Virus record (IMG/VR): IMGVR_UViG_3300014166_000003
Span: 1-62,340 of that record
DNA from: a virus
Lineage: Duplodnaviria; Caudoviricetes
Length of the DNA: 62,340 bases
Strand: one strand, 5' to 3'
Within the stretch, counting starts at the first letter, position 1. The number at the start of each line of letters is the position of its first letter. Of the stretch, positions 56,931 through 62,340 are shown one piece after another. The position numbers and the translations under genes were made by a program. The notes below the pieces were generated by a model. The model saw only the letters and a list, made by a program, of their open reading frames with translations, was not told where the DNA came from and did not search any database.

Positions 56931-57461
56931 ATGAATCGATATACGGGAAGCATCGAGATCTTTAATGGACGATTCGTCCGACAGCACAAGGCAGAAGTCC
57001 AGGCAAGCAATTGGCCTATGGCAGTGAAGCGAGCAGTGACGAAAGCCGTCAATGAAAACAAAGCAGCTAGCAGGAAACGGACAAAGATCGAGTCAATCAC
57101 AATCAAGCTGCAGCACGTCGGCCGCGTCACTCCCGCAGTCGGCGAAGATCTCAAGCAGGCAATGCGTGACGCAGTCAAGAAGTCGAGCACGGCCGGGGGG
57201 ACTACTCCTATCGGTTCCGGTCCTGAAAATTCAAGTCCTATCTCTTCTCGTCCTGGGAATTCAAAACCACCCGTGCCAACGCTGGCGAACGGAAAACCAC
57301 GCTGCCAAGATGTGCACCATACCGGCAGGCAGTGCGTGTGCGAGCATGGGCACACAACATCGCATTGGTATTCAACTGAGATCACACCGGAATCCATCAT
57401 GCCAGATGACAAGGTTGTGAGACGCATGTTTGATCGAATGATACAAGGCGGTGCGAAATGA
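56931..57461 (+). CDS. Hypothetical early protein
   Basis: Conserved leader; C.....C...GH...H motif. Confidence 0.6.
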   Translation: MNRYTGSIEIFNGRFVRQHKAEVQASNWPMAVKRAVTKAVNENKAASRKRTKIESITIKLQHVGRVTPAVGEDLKQAMRDAVKKSSTAGGTTPIGSGPENSSPISSRPGNSKPPVPTLANGKPRCQDVHHTGRQCVCEHGHTTSHWYSTEITPESIMPDDKVVRRMFDRMIQGGAK

Positions 57462-57739
57462 GCGAGAACAAACGCCATATTCCTAACACGCTGCGTCCTG
57501 ATATTTCGGAAACCAAACCTATCAAATATCGCGTATGGGTTGCGATTCCTATCGAGGTAGAAGAGTACGACGATATCCAGGCTGAGCAAGCAGCGATAAA
57601 GATTGCAAATATTGTGCTTCCTTTCGCAAAGCGAAAAGGCATCGTACATCCGATCATCAAGGCTGAGCGTGAGCAGCCGAAGATCATTTATCCTGTCGAA
57701 ATGTGGGATACGGACAACAAGAAATGGGGCGAGGTATGA
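57458..57739 (+). CDS. Hypothetical protein
   Basis: ATGA coupling. Confidence 0.55.
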   Translation: MSENKRHIPNTLRPDISETKPIKYRVWVAIPIEVEEYDDIQAEQAAIKIANIVLPFAKRKGIVHPIIKAEREQPKIIYPVEMWDTDNKKWGEV

Positions 57740-58053
57740 GCGGACACTTTGTAATCATCAAAGCATCGGGTGAAGTCGAGATCAAACCACGTGAAACAAG
57801 GCCGACGCTCGAAGAAGTACAGAAAGCTGTCGACGGCTACGTTCAGCTAATGCCACTAAAACAATTCGGCGGACGATTTAAATGGCACGGGGAACTTGCG
57901 CAGATGCTTGTCAACGAGGATGGACGTTCCAAGAATCTGCCACCGAACAAAGTCGCGACGCAACTGCTCAGAGACTTTAGCGAGCTATGGGGCAAAGACG
58001 TGCTGCTGGGTGACGTCGTGCTGCTCACGGGCACTTGCAGGTGGGGGAACTAG
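57736..58053 (+). CDS. DUF3846-like protein
   Basis: LEE.QK.V.GY.Q...VNEDG....L..N..AT...GDVV. Confidence 0.75.
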   Translation: MSGHFVIIKASGEVEIKPRETRPTLEEVQKAVDGYVQLMPLKQFGGRFKWHGELAQMLVNEDGRSKNLPPNKVATQLLRDFSELWGKDVLLGDVVLLTGTCRWGN

Positions 58054-58269
58054 TCGATGAGGCATAAAGGAGATAACGTGACAAATGAAAATGGCTACGT
58101 GATCTACCCCGACAGCATTGGCATCATGGATTTGGATGCTGCGAAAGCGAAAGCTGCTGAACTATCCGCCGATTCTGACGAGGAATACCGCATTGAGGAT
58201 TGCGGCACCGAGAAGGTTATCGCCCGGTTTTCACACGGCAAAGAGGTTTAGGAGATACTAAAGGAACAG

Positions 58270-58704
58270 ATGATTACTAAGTTCATCGAAGCGTGCGACG
58301 GAACAAACTTCAATTGGGGCAAGTTCATGGTCGCACGCTTCACAAACGAAGAGTTATCACGGCCGATACATGAACCTGTAGCACGGGCAATGCACGAGGC
58401 TGCAAAACGTCAGTATGGTCCATCACTGCTGAACACGATCGGATGGAATGCGCACTGCGTGCTTGTCTTCGATCTGCAGACGTGCGAGGGAGCGTCCTTT
58501 CGTCCAGGCGGATCAGCGCGAGCAGACCTGCAGAAGCATCAAGTATGGGTGTGTCCGATGTTCGAACCATTCTTGGAGTGGTTGTACAAACAGGATTTGA
58601 CGGACCTGGAAAAGCTGCCCGACTTTATCAACCTGGGTAACGTGCCCACGGCAATGTATGGGCATCGACGTCCAGGACCACACAGCAAGGATTCAAACGA
58701 ATGA
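58270..58704 (+). CDS. Hypothetical protein
   Basis: AAGGA SD; NWGKF...LV.DLQT.EGA.F.PGG....DL.KH..WVCP.FEPFL.WLY. Confidence 0.7.
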   Translation: MITKFIEACDGTNFNWGKFMVARFTNEELSRPIHEPVARAMHEAAKRQYGPSLLNTIGWNAHCVLVFDLQTCEGASFRPGGSARADLQKHQVWVCPMFEPFLEWLYKQDLTDLEKLPDFINLGNVPTAMYGHRRPGPHSKDSNE

Positions 58705-58955
58705 GCATCAAGCGTCCAGCTTTCATGGCAAAAGGCGAATATGCCGATGCCTACTGGTACGGAGTGGAATACATTCTGCTAGGACGTGCCTGCTCAATCA
58801 TCAACGATCTGCGAGCAGGCTTCGACGTGATTGAACGAATTCTGCCTGACGAAGAACAAATGGGCTACGATACGTTGTTCTTCATACGCCTGCATCTGGC
58901 GAACGAACGTCGGCTGCTCATGCAGCATTGGGACGGAAAGGGAAGGAAGATATGA
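58701..58955 (+). CDS. Hypothetical protein
   Basis: ATGA coupling. Confidence 0.5.
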   Translation: MSIKRPAFMAKGEYADAYWYGVEYILLGRACSIINDLRAGFDVIERILPDEEQMGYDTLFFIRLHLANERRLLMQHWDGKGRKI

Positions 58956-59422
58956 GCAGCCGACGTAAGAAGAAGCAGCAGCAGCGACCATCAATGGAAG
59001 AATTCATCGATCAGGTCACAGACGAAATACAGGAGACTGTCGACTGGCGCAGCGAAACAGGCAACCTGATTTGTGATTTCTGCTCACAGCCGAATCCGGC
59101 ATGGGTTGCGATCTGCGCACCGTATGATATCGACGTGCTTGGCACGCCACATCAAAGCGAGCCGGATATGGGCATCTGTGACGGCTGCAAGCAGCTTATC
59201 GAGACGAGCAACAAGAAAGGACTGCTCGACAGAGCGGTGTCGGCACAGAGTGCTCATTTCGACATATTCCTACGGAATGACGTCCTGACTCGACACGTAA
59301 TGACGAAGTTCCTGACGGATTTTCAAAATCGTTTTTGGGAAAGTTACATGGGTGAGATAATCCCGCAGACAGCCGACACGAAAGAGCAGGCGCGACAACG
59401 TCACCGGATGCACCGGGGCTGA
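58952..59422 (+). CDS. Zn-finger hypothetical protein
   Basis: CDFCS...P.W...C..C..LIE. Confidence 0.6.
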   Translation: MSSRRKKKQQQRPSMEEFIDQVTDEIQETVDWRSETGNLICDFCSQPNPAWVAICAPYDIDVLGTPHQSEPDMGICDGCKQLIETSNKKGLLDRAVSAQSAHFDIFLRNDVLTRHVMTKFLTDFQNRFWESYMGEIIPQTADTKEQARQRHRMHRG

Positions 59423-59686
59423 CGCACGCCATATTACTAGGACAGTGTGTCCTGATTTTTCGATTTGGCCGAGAATGCCGGAATAGGAATTAAAAAGGAT
59501 CGGTGCGTCTCCCGATGGCGGATTGTCGCGTTAGCGAATCCGTTTGATGCACCTTGAAGCAGGCACGTTGATACGAGCATGGACGCTGCCGGACTGAAAA
59601 GTTTGGCAGCAAAAGTGTAAGAGTCAATGTGCCTGCATTTGTTTTTGGGGACTTGTGCGGAGCACAACACACGGGAGATTGCCAAG

Positions 59687-60097
59687 ATGGCACGAAGAAA
59701 ACAGAAAGATAGGACCTATTTCCGCATACGTACGTTCCTCAATGCGGACCGCGCAATGCCGGGGATCTTACTCGCCAAAGTTACGCAGACCGAATACATA
59801 TCAGACCACGAAGGGCCGAGCTGCTTCACCGATACGGACATGACGATCGGCGATTGCGGTCGACAGATCAGCCTGGGCTTTGATGTTGACACCGAGCAGG
59901 AATATCGACGGGCGGTGCAGAAAATCAATCGGCTGGCGAAAGCGGTCGAAGGTATGCGCCAAGCACTCTTTGATGCGCACGAGCGCGTTCTCGAACTCAG
60001 AAAAGAGCAGAAGATCCGGCAGAAGAAACAGCAGAAAAGGAAGAAACAGGAAAAAAGGGAGAAAGAAGATCAGCCACGTCCGGAGAGCGGAGAATGA
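59687..60097 (+). CDS. Hypothetical protein with basic C-terminal tail
   Basis: GGGAG SD; I.DC.R.I.L.F motif. Confidence 0.65.
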   Translation: MARRKQKDRTYFRIRTFLNADRAMPGILLAKVTQTEYISDHEGPSCFTDTDMTIGDCGRQISLGFDVDTEQEYRRAVQKINRLAKAVEGMRQALFDAHERVLELRKEQKIRQKKQQKRKKQEKREKEDQPRPESGE

Positions 60098-60642
60098 GCC
60101 TTGTTGTGGTCACAAAGAGTGGTGCAGTCTGCAAAGGTTTCATGCGCCTGCCTGCAGACGATGGTCTCTACGAAGAGGGATTTTCGAACATCCAATCACG
60201 GGATCATTTTCTTGCTCGCGGCAAGAACACGATCAGAACACGAGAGAAGGTCGAAAAGCTGATCTATTTGCAAACCTACCACGCCGATCATCACGCGTAC
60301 CTGTTCGCAGGCAAAGATGCGAAGACGCTGCTGCACGTGCATTACAACGAGGGATGGATCATCGATGTGGTGAAGATCGGCAATGCGGATATCGTGCGTG
60401 AACGATTTGATCGGACGCAGGACTACAAAAAGCAGGATGACGTGTTTCGGGCAATGGTCTGGAAAGCGATGTTTCTCGCGAACATGGAACATGACGGGTG
60501 GTCGTTTCTGCAGCCTGCTCGCTTGCTAAGGGACGTCGTGCGGAATGGTGAGGCGCTGTGGCATTCAACATTCGTCAGCGTGGCTGCAGCGGAGCGCGAG
60601 AGTGATGCGGAGTCGGCCGAAAGTTTGGAACCCAACCTGTAA
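60094..60642 (+). CDS. Hypothetical protein
   Basis: ATGA coupling. Confidence 0.6.
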   Translation: MSLVVVTKSGAVCKGFMRLPADDGLYEEGFSNIQSRDHFLARGKNTIRTREKVEKLIYLQTYHADHHAYLFAGKDAKTLLHVHYNEGWIIDVVKIGNADIVRERFDRTQDYKKQDDVFRAMVWKAMFLANMEHDGWSFLQPARLLRDVVRNGEALWHSTFVSVAAAERESDAESAESLEPNL

Positions 60643-60731
60643 TACTCAAGCATGCCTGGGCGATTCGCCCAACAAACATCACACAGAAGAAAGACGTCGG
60701 CCATGACGGTCGATCAAAGGATTTCAAAGGA

Positions 60732-61127
60732 ATGAAGACGCCAAGAGTGTCGATACAAAAGCAACCGCTGATCGAAAAGCTGCCCAAGTGGGCACAGGAT
60801 CACATCCAGCAATTGACGAACGCAGTCGACTCGCTGAATGGCTACTTGCAGCAGGTGAGCACATACAAAGTGAACGGTCTGCCTGGGATCAAGTTCCACC
60901 TGGAACACGATGGACCCTGGTATACGGTGCCTTCAAATTGTATATGCATCTTTCTACCGAACGGAACACAAGTGCAGTTGAGAATCGATCATGACGTTGT
61001 CAACGGGCACCACATCTACGTGATGGCAGATCGTGGCGTGAGGGTGCAGGGCAGCTCGCATAACACGCTCGCGCTGATTCCAGAAGAGGGACCAATGAGC
61101 CGCGCACGAGTGGAGGAACAGTCGTGA
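60732..61127 (+). CDS. Hypothetical protein
   Basis: KLPKWAQ..I..L motif. Confidence 0.6.
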   Translation: MKTPRVSIQKQPLIEKLPKWAQDHIQQLTNAVDSLNGYLQQVSTYKVNGLPGIKFHLEHDGPWYTVPSNCICIFLPNGTQVQLRIDHDVVNGHHIYVMADRGVRVQGSSHNTLALIPEEGPMSRARVEEQS

Positions 61128-61360
61128 AAGATTTCATCTTGTTCTTCCTCGTGCAGGCGGTCAGCTACAGCATTCTGACTGTCAACTTTCGCGCTGTTGC
61201 TGCCGGTCATTTATCCGTGACACTCGTCACCGATGCACTAAATGCAACGCTCAGCTTTTTCGTGATAAGGCGCATCGCAAAGAGCGACGACTCTATCGTC
61301 GGCTGGCTAGGTTATTTGTTCGGTTCATTGGTCGGCACGACCATCGGGATGCTCGTATGA
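61124..61360 (+). CDS. Small multi-TM membrane protein
   Basis: Three hydrophobic segments; Y..G...GT..G. Confidence 0.65.
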   Translation: MKDFILFFLVQAVSYSILTVNFRAVAAGHLSVTLVTDALNATLSFFVIRRIAKSDDSIVGWLGYLFGSLVGTTIGMLV

Positions 61361-61926
61361 GCAGCGAACAACGAAAAACGCTCGTCGTGAATCTTTATGG
61401 CGGACCTGGAACAGGCAAGTCAACCACGGCAGCAGGTGCGTTCAGTCTGCTCAAGCGGCAAGGTGTGTCGGTCGAGCTGGTAACGGAATATGCAAAGGAT
61501 CTCGTTTGGGAAGGCTCGTTAGAGCTGCTTAATTCGAACCAGATTCATGTCTTCGCTGAACAGCATCGGCGCATGGTCCGGCTGCAGGGCAAGGTCGATG
61601 TGATCATCACGGACAGTCCGCTACTGCTGACACTCTTCTACGGCCGCACGAATGTGTCGGAATTGTTCAAGCAAGTTGTCGAGCAGGAAAATGATCGGTT
61701 CTGGAATCGAGATATCTTCCTTCGAAGGCGCAAACCATATCAGCAAGCAGGGCGCACACAGACCGAAGACGAAGCACGCTTGATTGACGACTGGCTATAT
61801 CAAATGCTGATTCGACGTGGACCGTACTACACATTTGATGCTGACGATGACGCAGCACAGTGTGTTGCAAAGGTCGTGAACCTCTGTCTCTCGCTACCGA
61901 TAGAACAGCAACAAATAACCGGCTGA
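61357..61926 (+). CDS. P-loop NTPase/kinase (AAA_28, NadR-like)
   Basis: VNLYGGPGTGKST, ELVTEYAKDLVWE, IITDSPLLL, GR.Q...EA. Confidence 0.85.
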   Translation: MSSEQRKTLVVNLYGGPGTGKSTTAAGAFSLLKRQGVSVELVTEYAKDLVWEGSLELLNSNQIHVFAEQHRRMVRLQGKVDVIITDSPLLLTLFYGRTNVSELFKQVVEQENDRFWNRDIFLRRRKPYQQAGRTQTEDEARLIDDWLYQMLIRRGPYYTFDADDDAAQCVAKVVNLCLSLPIEQQQITG

Positions 61927-61957
61927 GCCGGTACACAACAATCCAAGGAAGGAACAT

Positions 61958-62340
61958 ATGCCATATTTTGAATTTTTGACCGGGCAAGCCGGTACAGGGA
62001 AGACATACCAGATCAAGAAGAGAATAGAAGACGATCCGGAATACGCACTGCTCTGCGCAACGACCGGTGTGGCTGCAACGAACCTGGACACCGTCACATT
62101 GAACAGCACAATCGGCTACTATGATACAGACAGTCTGCGCGAAGCCAAGCTCAACGGTAGACTGTTCGGTCGGCTGCGGAACATTGCAATGGGTGAGAAT
62201 CGAGTGCGCAATATCGTGATCGACGAAGTCTCGATGATGGACGGTGAGCAACTCGACATTTTCCACGACGCGCTGATTGACTTAGAGCAGCGGATCAGCG
62301 GTGTAAGCCTGGGCATGATCTTGACTGGCGACTTTGCACA
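61958..62340 (+). CDS. RecD/Pif1-like SF1B helicase, 3' truncated by window edge
   Basis: Translates to FLTGQAGTGKT...LCATTGVAA.N...IVIDEVSMM...ILTGDFA. Confidence 0.85.
   Translation, partial: MPYFEFLTGQAGTGKTYQIKKRIEDDPEYALLCATTGVAATNLDTVTLNSTIGYYDTDSLREAKLNGRLFGRLRNIAMGENRVRNIVIDEVSMMDGEQLDIFHDALIDLEQRISGVSLGMILTGDFA

Noticed and set aside
50945-59461. Dispersed repeats as a CRISPR array or DGR
   Set aside because: No regular repeat-spacer period, no cas or reverse transcriptase genes, no adenine-variable TR/VR pair noticed.
1-62340. Alternative genetic code (stop-codon reassignment)
   Set aside because: Core genes are full length in the standard code, and TAA, TAG and TGA all terminate well-supported genes.

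Overview
This window is most of the genome of a tailed, probably siphovirus-like, dsDNA phage. It opens inside an AAA-type ATPase gene and ends inside a RecD/Pif1-like helicase gene. Layout: (i) 1-8.2 kb, + strand: replication module (SSB-like protein, UDG-PolA fusion, DUF4406-like, DUF3987-like); (ii) 8.2-37.1 kb, - strand: packaging, head, tail and lysis genes, interrupted by two antisense moron-like genes (Imm-like and PEP-CTERM); (iii) 37.2-49.2 kb, + strand: class II RNR, MazG-like and many small ORFs; (iv) 49.2-50.9 kb: non-coding block with a large nested inverted repeat; (v) 50.9-62.3 kb, + strand: early/host-takeover-like genes (DUF932, clamp-like protein) carrying repeated motifs. 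I saw no integrase, CRISPR array or protelomerase. Two signals stand out. First, CsrA/RsmA-type ANGGAN hairpins sit on or next to the ribosome-binding sites of almost every replication gene, while no csrA is visible in the window. Second, four Cys-containing proteins in the virion operon carry apparent Sec signal peptides, suggesting exported, disulfide-folded virion appendages. There are also several structured non-coding RNA candidates and at least four phage-specific DNA/RNA motifs. All family assignments come from recognising motifs by eye; no searches were run.
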